Assembly (NCBI RefSeq): GCF_009914755.1 | Contig: NC_060935.1 | DNA from: the human T2T-CHM13v2.0 reference genome, Homo sapiens | DNA: 64,000 nt | Strand: one strand, 5' to 3' | Shown: positions 14,543-30,879 of the stretch, piece after piece | Layout: each line of letters opens with the position of its first letter | Position numbering within the stretch: position 1 is the first letter of the stretch | Made by a program: the position numbers and the translations under genes | The notes under the pieces: model-generated | What the model was told of the DNA's origin: nothing | Databases searched by the model: none | What the model saw: only the letters and a program-made list of their open reading frames with translations

Positions 14543-15449
14543 GAGAGAGGAGCCAAGATGGCCGAATAGGAACAGCTCCGGTCTACAGATCCCAGTGTGA
14601 GTGATGAAGAAGATGGGTGATTTCTGCATTTCCATCTGAGGTGCTGAGTTCATCTCACTAGGGAGTGCTAGACAGTGGGCACAGGCCAGTGGGTGCGTGC
14701 ACCATGTGCGAGCTGAAGCAGGGCGAGGCATTGCCTCACCTGGGAAGCACAAGGGGTCAGGGAGTTCCCTTTCTGAGTCAAAGAAAGGGGTGACAGACGG
14801 CACCTGGAAAATCGGGTCACTCCCCCCCTAATACTGCACTTTTCCTATGGGCTTAAAAAACGGCGCACCGCGAGATTATATCCCGCACCTGGCTCGGAGG
14901 GTCCTATGCCCACGGAGTCTTGCTGATTGCTAGCACAGCAGGCTGAGATCAAACTGCAGGGCGGCAGCTAGTCTGGGGGAGGGCCGCCCACCATTGCCCA
15001 GGCTTGCTTAGGTAAACAAAGCAGCTGGGAAGCTCGAACTGGGTGGAGCCCACCACAGCTCAAGGAGGCCTGCCTGCCTCTGTAGGCTCCACCTCTGGGG
15101 GCAGGACACAGACAAACAAAAAGACAGCAGTAACCTCTGCAGACTTAAATGTCCCTGTCTGACAGCTTTGAAGAGAGCAGTGGTTCTCCCAGCATGCAGC
15201 TGGAGGTCTGAGAAGGGGCAGACTGCCTCCTCAAGTAGGTCCCTGACCCCTGACCCCCGAGCAGCCTAACTGGGAGGCACCCCCCAGCAGGGGCACACTG
15301 ACACCTCAAACGGCAGGGTACTCCAACAGACCTGCAGCTGAAGGTCCTCTCTGTTAGAAGGAAAACTAACAAACAGAAAGGACATCCACACCAAAAACCC
15401 ATCTGTACATCACCATCATCAAAGACCAAAAGTAGATAAAACCACAAAG
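14543..15449 (+). promoter_or_regulatory. L1 5'UTR internal promoter, with YY1 site and antisense-promoter region
   Basis: YY1 motif CAAGATGGCCG is intact at 14554-14564. SOX-type AACAAA occurs at ~15015 and ~15115. Many CpGs have decayed to TpG/CpA. Activity cannot be shown from sequence. Confidence 0.85.
14778..14994 (-). pseudogene. L1 antisense ORF0 remnant with a stop at codon 9
   Basis: The minus strand from 14994 reads ATG GTG GGC GGC CCT CCC CCA GAC TAG (MVGGPPPD*), at the position of L1 ORF0 (MAGAPPPAS...). Confidence 0.75.
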
Positions 15450-16466
15450 ATGGGGAAAAAACAAAACAGAAAAACTGGAAACTCTAAAAAGCAGAGTGCC
15501 TCTCCTCCTCCAAAGGAACGCAGTTCCTCACCAGCAATGGAACAAAGCTGGATGGAGAATGACTTTGACGAGCTGAGAAAAGAAGGCTTCAGACGATCAA
15601 ATTACTCTGAGCTACGGGAGGACATTCAAACCAAAGGTAAAGAAGTTGAAAACTTCGAAAAAAAATTAGAAGAATGTATAACTAGAATAACCAATACACA
15701 GAAGTGCTTAAAGGAGCTGATGGAGATGAAAACCAAGGCTCGAGAACTACGTGAAGGATGCAGAAACCTCAGGAGCCGATGCAATCAACTGGAAGAAAGG
15801 GTATCAGCAATGGCAGATGAAATGAATGAAATGAAGTGAGAAGGGAAGTCTAGAGAAAAAAGAATAAAAAGAAACAAGCAAAGCCTCCAAGAAATATGGG
15901 ACTATGTGAAAAGACGAAATCTACGTCTGATTGGTGTACCTGAAAGTGATGCGGAGAATGGAACCAAGTTGGAAAACACTCTGCAGGATATTATCCAGGA
16001 GAACTTCCCCAATCTAGCAAGGCAGGCCAACGTTCAGATTCAGGAAATACAGAGAATGCCACAAAGATACTCCTCGAGAAGAGCAACTCCAAGACACATA
16101 ATTGTCAGATTCACCAAAGTTGAAATGAAGGAAAAACTGTTAAGGGCAGCCAGAGAGAAAGGTCGGGTTACCCTCAAAGGGAAGCCCATCAGACTAACAG
16201 CGGATCTCTTGGCAGAAACCCTACAAGCCAGAAGAGAGTGGGGGCCAATATTCAACATTCTTAAAGAAAAGAATTTTCAACCCAGAATTTCATATCCAGC
16301 CAAACTAAGCTTCATAAGTGAAGGAGAAATAAAATCCTTTACAGACAAGCAAATGCTGAGAGATTTTGTCACCACCAGGCCTGCCTTACAAGAGCTCCTG
16401 AAGGAAGCACTAAACATGGAAAAGAACAACCGGTACCAGCCACTGCAAAATCATGCCAAAATGTAA
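15450..16466 (+). pseudogene. L1 ORF1p pseudogene, 339 codons with one nonsense codon
   Basis: MGKKQNRKTGNSK...QPLQNHAKM. Track ORFs 15450-15839 and 15906-16466 share a frame. TGA at 15837-15839 replaces an Arg CGA codon. Confidence 0.97.
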
Positions 16467-16529
16467 AGACCATCGAGACTAGGAAGAAACTGCATCAACT
16501 AACGAGCAAAATAACCAGTTAACATCGTA

Positions 16530-20349
<3,820 letters not shown>

Positions 20350-20392
20350 ACAATGAGATTCCATGGACACAGGAAGGGGAATATCACACTCT

Positions 20393-20426
20393 GGGGACTG
20401 TTGTGGGGTGGTGGGAGGGGGGAGGG
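20393..20426 (+). other. G-rich tract of the L1 3'UTR (potential G-quadruplex)
   Basis: GGGGACTGTTGTGGGGTGGTGGGAGGGGGGAGGG contains five runs of three or more G. This is a standard primate L1 feature. Confidence 0.7.
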
Positions 20427-20553
20427 ATAGCATCGGGAGATATACCTAATGCTAGATGACGAGTTAGTGGGTGCAGTGCACCAGCATGGCACATGTATAC
20501 ATATGTAACTAACCTGCACAATGTGCACATGTACCCTAAAACTTAAAAGTGTA

Positions 20554-20566
20554 ATTAAAAAAAAAA
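20554..20566 (+). terminator. L1-A polyadenylation signal variant (ATTAAA) and short A-tail
   Basis: GTGTAATTAAAAAAAAAA lies directly before the right TSD. Confidence 0.75.
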
Positions 20567-21509
20567 GAAAACCGTGTTTCCAAAACTGCTGAATCCAAAG
20601 AAAGTTTGAACTTTGTCAGATGAATGAGCACATCACAAAGCAGTATCTCAGAAGCTTCTTTCTAGTTTATATCTGAAGATAATTTCTTTTTCAACATAAG
20701 CCTCAATGCACTCTGAAATATCACTTCACAGATTCTTCAAAAACAGTGCTTCCAAACTGCTGTATGAAGAGAAAGGTAAAGTTTGCAGATGAGTGCACAC
20801 ATCATAAAGACATTTCTCAGAAGGTTTTCTTCTAGTTTTTATCCTGGAATATTTGATTTTTCACTGTTGGCCTCAATAGCTCCCAAATGTTCATTCCCGG
20901 AATGGACAAAAACAGTGTCCCTACTGCTGAATCAAAAGAAATTATTCACTCTGAGAGCTGAATGCACACATTACATTGCAGTTTCTTAGACAGTTTCTTC
21001 CTTGTTTTCATATGAAAATATTATCTTATTCACTGTAGGCGTCAATGCACTCCCAAACATCCCTTTGCTGATTCTACAAAAGCAGTGTTTCCAAACTGCT
21101 GAATGAAAAGAAAGGTTTACTTCTGTGAGACGAATGCACAAATCACAAAGCAGTTTCTCAGAGAGATTCCTTCTAGTTTTTATCCTGGGATATTTGCTTT
21201 TTCATCATTGGCCTCAATGAACTCCCACATGTCCACTGGCAGAATGGACAAAAACAGTGTTTTCATATTGCTGAAAGAAAATAAGCGTTTATGTCTGTGA
21301 GATGAAAGCACACATAACAATGTGGTTTCTCATATAAGTTAATTCTAGTATTTGTACTGGGATATTCGTCTTTTTGCCTTGGCCTCAAAGAGCTCCCAAA
21401 TTTCCATTCACAGAATGGACAAAATCAGTGTTTCCAAACTGCTGAATCAAAAGAAAGTTTTAATATTTTGAGATGAATGCACACATTACAAAGCAGTTTC
21501 TCAGAAACT
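20567..21509 (-). repeat. Alpha satellite, antisense orientation (~5.5 monomers)
   Basis: Resumes the monomer interrupted by L1-A and ends at ...AAAGCAGTTTCTCAGAAACT. Confidence 0.97.
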
Positions 21510-21520
21510 GTGAATATCCC
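21494..21520. other. Alpha satellite orientation switch (inversion breakpoint, ~21509/21510)
   Basis: Antisense CACATTACAAAGCAGTTTCTCAGAAACT directly abuts sense GTGAATATCCCAGGATAAAA. All alpha to the left is antisense and all alpha to the right is sense. Confidence 0.95.
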
Positions 21521-22392
21521 AGGATAAAAGCTAATTTAAAGCTATCTGTGAAACTGATTTGTGATGTGATCATTCATCTTGCAGAATTAAACTTTCTTTT
21601 CATTCAGCAGTTTGGAAACACTCTTTTTGTTGAATCTGCAAAGGGATATTTGGGAGCACATTGTTGCATAAAGTCAAAAAGAAAATATCTTCAAATAAAA
21701 ACTAGAAAGAATCTGAGTACCTGCTTTGTGATGTGTGCATTCAGCTCAAAGAGTTGAAACTTTCTTTTGATTCAGCAATTTGGATACACTGTTTTTGTTT
21801 ATTCTGTGAAGGGACATTTGGCAGCTCATTGAGGCCAATGGTGAAAAATTGAATATACTAGGATAAAAACTAGAAGGAATCTATCTGAGAAACCTGTTTG
21901 TGATGTGTGCATTCATCTCGCATAGTTAAACCTTCTTTTTGATTCAGTACTTTGAGAACACTGTATTGTCCATTCTGCGCATGGACATTTGGAAGCCCAT
22001 TGAGGCTTAATGCAAAAGTGAATATCCCCAGATAAAAAAGAAGGAAACTATCTGAGTAAAAACTTGGTGACATGTGCCTTCATCTCATAGAGTGAAACCT
22101 TTCTTTTATTTCAGCAGTTTTAAAACTCTGTTTTTTTCCATTCTGTGAATGGACATTTGGGAGATCATTAGTGCTTAGCATTAAAAAGCAAATATTCCAC
22201 GATAAAAACTATAAGGAAGCCATCTGAGGAACAGCTTTGTCATGTGTGCATTCATCTCACCGAGTTAAAGCTTTCTTTTTATTCAGCAGTTTGGAAACAC
22301 TGTTTTTGTAGTATCTGCAAAGGGATATTTGGGAGCACATTGAGGCCTATGGTCAAAAAGAAAATATCTTCAGATAAAAACTAGAAAGAAGC
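21510..22392 (+). repeat. Alpha satellite, sense orientation (~5 monomers)
   Basis: TGTGATGTGTGCATTCATCTC...TTCAGCAGTTTGGAAACAC at a ~171-bp period. Confidence 0.97.
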
Positions 22393-23379
22393 AAAAAGGG
22401 AAAATTTGACTTCCTCTTTTCCTAATTGAATGCCCTTTATTTCCTTCTCCTGCCTGACTGCCCTGGCCAGAACATCCAACACTATGTTGAACAGGAGTGG
22501 TGAGAGAGGGCATGCCTGGCTTGTTCCAGTTTTCAAAGGGAATGCTTCCAGGTTTTGCACATTCAGTGTGGTATTGGCTGTGAGTTTGTCATAGATAGCT
22601 CTTATTATTTTGAGATACATCCCATCAATACCTGAATTATTGACAGTTTTTAGCACGAAGGATTGCTGGATTTTTTCAAAGGCCTTTTCTGTATCTATTG
22701 AGATAACCATGTGGTTTTTGTCATTGGTTCTGTTTATATGCTTGATTACGTTTATTGGTTTGCGTATGTTGAACCAGCCCTGCATCCCAAGGGTGAAGCC
22801 CCATTGATCATGGTGGATAAGCTTCTTGATGTACTGCTGGATTTGGTTTGCCAGTATTTTATTGAGGATTTTTGCATCGATGTTCATCAAGGATATTGGT
22901 CTAAAATTCTCTTTTTTTGTTGTGTCTCTGCCCAGCTTTGGTATCAGGATGATGTGGTCTCATGAAATGAGTTAGGGAGGATTCCCTCTTTTTCTATTGA
23001 TTGGAATAGTTTCAGAAGGAATGGTACCAGCCCCTCCTTGTACCTGTGGTAGAATTCAGCTGTGAATCCATCTCAAAGATCAACAAAAATTGAAAGACCA
23101 TTAGAAAGACTAATAAAGAAAAAAAGAGAGAACAATCAAATAGATGCAATAAAAATGATAAAGGATATATCATCAATGATCCCACAGAAATACAAACTAC
23201 CATCAGAGAATACTATAAGCACCTCTATGAAAATGAACTAGAAAATCTGGAAAAATGGATAAATTCCTGGACACATACACCCTTCCAAGACTAAAGCAGG
23301 AAGAAGTTGAATCTCTGAATAGACCAATAATAGGCTCTGAAATTGAGGCAATAATTAATAGCTTACCAACCAATAAAAG
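22391..23379 (-). mobile_element. L1-B: ORF2 remnant of an older L1PA element (about PA5-PA7), 5'-inverted and 3'-deleted
   Basis: 22391-23073 is antisense ORF2 (equivalent to L1-A 17946-18629) and 23075-23379 is sense ORF2 (equivalent to L1-A 17631-17936). There is no 3'UTR, tail or TSD pair. Old-type bases: GGCTCTGAAATTGAGGCAATAATTAATAGC. Confidence 0.93.
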
Positions 23380-26300
23380 GAAACAGGGATTTTGTAGAAT
23401 CTGTGAAGGGATATTTGGGAGTGCATTGAGGTGTACGGTGGAAAAGGAAACATCTTCCAAAAAGAACTAGAAAGAAACTTTCTGAGAAACTGCTTTGTGA
23501 TGTGTGCATTCTTCTCATTACAATAAAATTTTCTTTTAATTCAGCTGTTTGGAAGCACACTTTTTGTCCGTTCTGCGACTGGGAATTTGGGAGCTCACTG
23601 AGGGCAATGGCAAAAAAGTGAATATCTAAGGCTAAAAACAAGAAGGAAGCTATCTGAGAGACCATTTTGTGATGTTTGCTTTCATCTAGCAGAGGTAAAC
23701 CTATCTTTTCATTTAGCAGTTTGGAAACACTCTTTTTGTAGAATATGCGAAGGGATATTTGGGAGCACATTGAGGCTTACGGTGAAAAAGGAAACATCTT
23801 CAGATAAAAACTAGAAAGATTCTTTCTGTGAAACTGCTTTGTAACGTTTGCATTCATCTCACAGAGTTAAACAATTCTTTTGATTCAGCAGTTTGGAAAC
23901 ACTCTTTTTGTAAATTTTGTGAATGGACATTTGGGACCTCATTGGGGCCACTAGCAAAAGAGAAAATATTCCAGGATAAAACTATAAGGAAGCTATTGGA
24001 GAATCTGCGATGTGATGTGTGCATTCATCTCACTAAGCCAAACCTTTCTTTTCGTTCAGCAATTTGGAAACCCTATTTTTCCACAATCTGCGAAGGTATA
24101 TTTGGGAGCTTATTGCAGTCTATATTGGAAAAGAAAACATCTTCATATAAAAACTAGAAAGATGCTTGCTGAGAAACTTCTTTGTGATGTGTGCATTCAT
24201 CTCAGAAAGATATATCTTCTTTGGATTCAGCAGTTTGGAAACACTGTTTTTGTCCATTCTGCGAATGGACTTTTGGGAGCTCATTTAGGCCAACAGCAAA
24301 AAACGTAATATCCTGGAACAAAAACTAAAAGGAATCTTATCTGAGAAACCGCTTTGTGATGTGTGCATTCATATCACAGAGTTAAATGATTTTTTTCATT
24401 TAACAGTTTGGAAACACTTCTTGTAGAATCTGCTAAGGGACATTTGGGAGCACGTTGAGGCCTGTGATGAACAAGGAAACATCTTCAGATAAAAACTAAA
24501 AATATGCTTTCTGAGAAACTACTTTGTGAGGCCTGCATTCATATCACAGAGTTAAACATTTCTTTTTATTCAGTAGTTTGGAAACACTGTTTTTGTTCAT
24601 TCTGGGAATGGAATTTTTTACCTTATTGAAGCCAATGGCGAAAAGGTGAAAATCCCAGGATAAAAACTAGAAGGAAGCTATCTGTGAAACTGCTTTGTGA
24701 TGTGTGCATTCATCTTGCAAAGTTAAATCTTACTTTTTATTCAGCAGTTTGGATACAGTGTTTTTGTTGAAACTGTGAAGAGATATTTTGGAGTGCATTG
24801 AGGCCTATGGTGAAAAAGGAAACATCTTCAGATAAAAACTAGAAAGTAGGTTTCAGAGAAACTGCTTTGTGATGTGTGCCTTTATCTTGGAATTAAATCT
24901 TTCTTTTGATTCAGCAGTTTGGAAACACTCTTTTTGTCCATTCTGTGAATGGACATTTGGGAACCCTTTGAGGTCAATGGTGAAAAAGTGATTATCCCAG
25001 GATAAAAACGAGAAGACAGCTATCTGAGAAACTGCTTGTGATTCATGCATTCATCTCATAGAGTTAAACTTTTGTTTTTATTTAGCAGTTTGCAAACACT
25101 TTTTTGGTAGAAACTTCAAAGGGATATTTGGGAGCACATTGAGGCCTATGGTGAAAAAAGAAATATCTTCAGATAAAAACTACAAAGAAGATTTCTGAGA
25201 AACTGCTTTGTTGTGTGTGCATTCATCTCAGAGAATTAAACCTTGTTTGGATTCAGGAGTTTGGAAACTCTGTTTTTGTAAAATCTTGGAATGGACATTT
25301 AGATGCTCATGGAGGCCAAAGGTGATAAAGCGAATATCCCAGGGTAAAACAAGAAGAAAGCTATTTGAGAAACTGATTTGTGATGTATGCATTCAATTCT
25401 CAGAGAAAAACTTTTTTTTAAAATTCCTCAGATTCAAAACACTGTTTTTGCAGAATCTGTGATGGGATATTTAGGAGGACGTTGAGAACTACAGTGAAAA
25501 AGGAAATATCTTCAGATAAAAACTAGAAAGAATCTTTCTGAGAAACTGCTTTGTGATGTGCACCTTTATCTCACAGAGTTAAACCTTACTTTGGATTCCA
25601 CAGTTTGGAAACACTGTTGTTGTCCATTCTGCGAATGGATTATATGGAGCTCACTGAGGTCAAAGGCGAAAAAGTGAATATCCCAAGATAAAATCTAGAA
25701 GGAAGCTATCTGAGAAACAGCTTTGTGATGTGTACATTCATCTCGCAGAGTTAAAACTTTCTTTTTATTCAGCATTTTGGAAACATAGTTTTCATAGAAT
25801 CTGTGAAGGCATATTTGAGATCACATTGAGGTCTAACATGGAAAGGGAAATAACTTTAGATAGAAACTAGAAAGAAGCTTTCTGAGAAACTGCTTTGTGA
25901 TGTGTATCTTCATCTCACAGAGTTAAGTTTTTCTGTGTATTATTCATCCCTTTCAAAACACTGTTTTTGTATAATCTGCAAAGGGATATTTGAAAGCACA
26001 TTGAGGCCAGTGGTGAAAAAGCAAATATCTCAGGTTAAAAACTAGAAGGAAGCTGTTTGAGAGACCCCTTTATGATGTGCACACTCATCTTGCCGAGGTA
26101 AAAGTTTCTTTTCATTCAGCAGTTTGGAAGCACTGTTTTTGCAGTATCTGTGAAGGAATATTTGGGCATGCATTGAGGCCAGTAGAGAAAAAAGAAATTT
26201 CCTCAGATAAAAACTAGAGAGAATCTTTTGGAGAAACTACTTTGTGATTTGTGCATTCATCTCACAGAGTTAAACATTTCTTAAGATTCAGCAGTTCAGA

Positions 26301-29300
26301 AACACTATTTTTGTCCATTCTGTGAATTGACATTAGGTAGCACTTTGAGGCCCATTGTGAAAAAGTGCATATCCCAGGATAAAAACTAGAAGGAAGCTAT
26401 TTGAGAAACTGCTTGTTGATGTGTGCATTCATCTCACAGAGTTAAACCTTTCTTCTTATTCATCAGTTTGGAAACACTATTTTGGTAGAATCTGCAAAAG
26501 GACATTTGGGAGGACATCAAGACCTATGGTGAAGATGAAATAACTTCAGATAAAAACTGGAAAGAAGCTTTCTGAGAAACTGCTTTGTGATGGGTGCATT
26601 CATCTCACAGAGATGAACATTTCTTTGGATTCAGCAGTTTGGAAACACTGTTTTCGTCCATTCAGTGAATGGACATTTGGGACTTCATTGAGGCCAACAG
26701 TGAGAAAGTAAATATCCCAGGATAAAAACTATAAGAAAGGTGTCTCAGAAATTGATTTGTGATGAGTGCATTCATCTCACAGAGATAAAACTATATCTTC
26801 ATTTAGCAGTTTGGAAACACTGTTAAGTAGAATCTGTGAAGGGATATTTGGGGGTGCATGAGGTCTATGGTGAAAAAGGAAATACATTCAGATAAAAACT
26901 AGAAAGGCGCTTTCTGAGTACCTTCTTCATGATGTATGCATTCATCTCACTGATTTAAACCTTTCTTTGGATTCAGCAGTTTGGTAACTCTGTTCTTGAC
27001 AATTCTATGAAAGGACGTTTGGGAGCTCATAGAGGCCAATGGTGAAAAAGGGAATATCCCAGAATAAAAACTAAAAGGAAACTCTCTGAGAAACCGCTTT
27101 GTGATGTGTGAATTCATCTAGCAGCGTTTAAACTTTCTTTTCATTCAGCAGTTTGGAAACACTGTTTTTGAAGAAACCGTGAAAGGATATTTGGCAGCGC
27201 ATTGAGGCCTATGGTGAAAAAGGAAATATCTTTAGATAAAAACTGGACAGAAGCCTACTGAGAAACTGCTTTGTGATGAGTTCATTCATCTCACAGAGTG
27301 AAAACTTTGTTTGGCTTCAGCAGTTTGGAAGCACTGTTTTTGTCCATTATGCGAATGGATACTTGGGAGCTCATTGAGGCCAAAGGTGAAAAAGTGAATA
27401 TCCCAGGATAGTAACTAGAAGGACACTCTGTGAGAAACTGCTTTGTGACGTGAGCATTCATCTCGCACAGTTAAACCTTTCTTTTCATTCAGCAGTTTTG
27501 AAACGGGTTTTGTAGAATCTGTGAATGGATATTTGGTAGTGCTTTGAGGTGTATGGTGAAAAAGGAAATATCTTCAGAAAAAAAAACTGGAAAAAAGCTT
27601 TACAAGAAACTGCTTTGTGATGTATGCAACCATCTCACAGAGTTAAACTTTTCTATAGATTCAGCAGTTTGAAAACAGTTTTTGTCCATTGGGTGAATGG
27701 ACATTTGGGAGCTCATTGAGGCCAAAGGTGAAAAAGGGAATATCCCAGGAAGAAAACTAGAAGGAAGTTATCTGAGAAGCCAATTTGTGATGTGTTCATT
27801 CATCTCACCGACTTAAAAAATTCTTTAGATTCAGCAGTTTGGAAACACGGTTTGGTCCATTCTTTGAAGGAACATTTAGAACTCACTGAGGCCAGTGGTG
27901 AAAAACTGAATATACCATTATAAAAAGAAGAAGGAAGCTATCTGAGAAACGAATATGTGATGTGTGGATTCATCTCACAGAATTAAACCTATCTTTTCAT
28001 TCAGCAGATTGTGAACTCTGTATTCTTAGAATGTGTAAAGAGATACTTGGTAGCAATCTGAGGACTGTGGTGAATGGGAAATGTCTTCAGATAAATACCA
28101 GAAATAATTTTGAAGAGAAAATGCTTTGGGATGTGCACATTCATCTCACGGAGTTTAACATTCCTTTGGATTCATTAGTTTGGTAACACAGTTTTTCACA
28201 ACTCTGCAAATTGAATTTTGGGAGCTCATTGAGGCCAATGGTGAAAAAGTGAATATCCCAGGATAAAAACTATAAGGAAGCTCTCTAAGAAACCGCTTTC
28301 TGATGTGTGCATTCAACTCACAGAGATAAAACTTTCTTTTCATTCAGCAGTTTGGAAACACTGTTTTCTTAGAAACTGACTAAGAATACTTGGCAGCTCA
28401 TTGAGGCCTAAGGTGAAAAAGGAAATATCTTCAGATAAAAACAAGAAAGAAGCTAAATGAGAAACTGGTTTGGGATGTATGCATTCATCTCTGAGAGTTA
28501 AACCTTTCTTTGGATTCAGCAGTTTGTAAACACTGTTTTTGTCCATTCTTGGAAAGTACATTTTGGAACTCATTGAGGCCAATGGTGAAAAATAGAATAT
28601 CTCAGGATAAAAACTAGAGGGAAGTTACCTGAGAAATGGTTTCATGATGGGTGCATTCATCTCACAGAGTTAAACCTTTGTTTTCAATCAGCAGTTTGGA
28701 AACACTGATTTCTTAGAATCTACGAAGAGATATATCATAGCCCATTGAGGCCTATGGTGTAAAAGGAAATATTTTCAGATAAAAACTATAAAGGAGGTTA
28801 AGGAGAAACTGGTTTGGCTTGTGTGCATTCATCTCACAGAGTTAAAACTTTCTTTGGATTCAGCAGTTTGGTAACACTCTTTTTGTTCATTCTGTGAATG
28901 GACTTTTGGGGGGTCATTGAGGTCAATGGTGAAAAAGCCAATATCCCAGGATTAAAACTAGAAAGGAAGCTATCTGAGAAATCACTTTTGATGTGTACAT
29001 TCATCTAGCACACTTTAACTTTCTTTTCATTCAGCAGTTTGGAAACACTGTTTTTGTAGAAACTGCAAAAGGATATTTGGCAGCACTTTGAGGCCTATGG
29101 TGAAAAAGGAAATAACTTCAGATAAAAACTAGAAAGAAGCTTCCTGAGAAATTGCTTTGTGAAATGTTCATTTATCTCACAGAGTTAAAACTGTCTTTAT
29201 ATTCAGCAGTTTGGAAACACTATTTTGCCCTTTTTTGGAATGGAAATTTGGGAACTCATTGAGGCTAAAGGTGAAAAAGTGAATATCCCAGGAAAAATCT

Positions 29301-30266
29301 AGAAGGAAGTTATCTGAGACACCGAATCATGATGTGTGCATTCATCTCACAGAGTTAAAACTTTCTTTTCATTCAGCAGTTTGGGAACACTGATTTCTCA
29401 GAATCTGCGAACAGATATTTGGTAACACTTTGAGACCTATGGTGAAAAGTAAATATCTTCAGATAAAAACCAGAAAGAAGCTTAATGAGAAACTAGTTTG
29501 GGTTGTATGCATTCATCTCACAGAAATAAACCTTTCTTTGGATTCAGCACTTTGGAAACGTTGTTTGTGTCCATTCTGTGAAAGGATGTTTTTAAGCTCA
29601 TTGAGGCCAATGGTAAAAAAGTGAATATCCCAGGACTAAAACTAAAAGGAAGCTATCAGAGAAACTGCCTTGTGATGTGTGCATTAATCTCACAGAATTA
29701 AACCTTTCTTTGGATTCAGCAGTTTGGTATCATGAATGTGTCCATTTTGTGAATAGCCATTTGGGATCTAATTCAGGCCAAAGGCTAAAAAGCAAATATC
29801 CCAGGATAAAAACTAGAAGAAAGATATCTGACAAACTGTTATGTGATGTGTACCTTCATCTCACAGAATTAAACGTTTCTTTTCATTCATCATTTTGGAA
29901 ACACTGTTTTGGTAGAATCTGCAAAGGGATATTTGGAAGTGCATTGAGGCCTATAGTGTAAAAGGAAACATCTTCAGATAAAAACTAGAAAGAAGCTTTC
30001 GGAGAAACTGCTTTGTGATGTGTGCATTTATCTCAGAGAGCTAAACCTTTCTTTTGATTGAGCAGTTTGGTAACCCTGTTTTTGTACATTATGAAAGTGG
30101 ACATTTTGGAGCTCCTTGAGGCCAAGGGTGAAAAAGTGAATATTCCAGCATAAAATGTAGAAGGAAGCTAACAGAAAAACCACTTTTTGATGTGTGCATT
30201 CATCTCCAGAATTAAACATTAATTTTCATTCAGCAGTTTGAAAACACTGTTTTGGTAGAATCTTTT
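23380..30266 (+). repeat. Alpha satellite, sense orientation (~40 monomers)
   Basis: Continuous ~171-bp alphoid monomers, mostly alternating between two types. Confidence 0.99.
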
Positions 30267-30879
30267 TTTTTTTATTATACTTTAAGTTTTAGGGTACATG
30301 TGCGCATTGTGCAGGTTAGTTACATATGTATACATGTGCCATGCTGGTGCACTGCACCCACTAACTCATCATCTAGCATTAGGTATATCTCCCGATGCTA
30401 TCCCTCCCCCCTCCCCCCACCCCACAACAGTCCCCAGAGTGTGATATTCCCCTTCCTGGGTCCATGTGATCTCATTGTTCAATTCCCACCTATGAGTGAG
30501 AATATGCGGTGTTTGGTTTTTTGTTCTTGTGATAGTTTACTGAAAATGATGATATCCAATTTCATCCATGTCCCTACAAAGGACATGAACTCATCATTTT
30601 TTATGGCTGCATAGTATTCCTGGTGGGACTGTAAACTAGTTCAACCATTGTGGAAGTCAGTGTGACGATTCCTCAGGGATCTAGAACTGGAAATACCGTT
30701 TGACCCAGCCATCCCATTACTGGGTATATACCCAAAGGACTATAAATCATGCTGCTATAAAGACACCTGCACACGTATGTTTATTGCGGCATTATTCACA
30801 ATAGCAAAGACTTGGAACCAACCCAAATGTACAACAATGATAGACTGGATTAAGAAAATGTGGCACATATACACCATGG
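30267..30879 (-). mobile_element. L1-C: ~0.6-kb 5'-truncated, 5'-inverted L1PA2-like element
   Basis: Poly-T plus antisense 3'UTR and ORF2 end at 30267-30620, then a sense fragment at 30621-30879 (equivalent to L1-A 19951-20209). 14-bp TSD TGGTAGAATCTTTT at 30253-30266 and 30877-30890. Confidence 0.96.

Noticed and set aside
14321-15447. Antisense ORFs of 160 aa (14321-14803) and 100 aa (15145-15447)
   Set aside because: These are antisense frames of the L1 5'UTR, one running into satellite. Neither is ORF0, which is disrupted here.
20600-22390. A recent perfect palindrome centred on the inversion
   Set aside because: Monomers on either side of the junction do not share private variants and differ as much as unrelated monomers, so any inverted duplication must be ancient.
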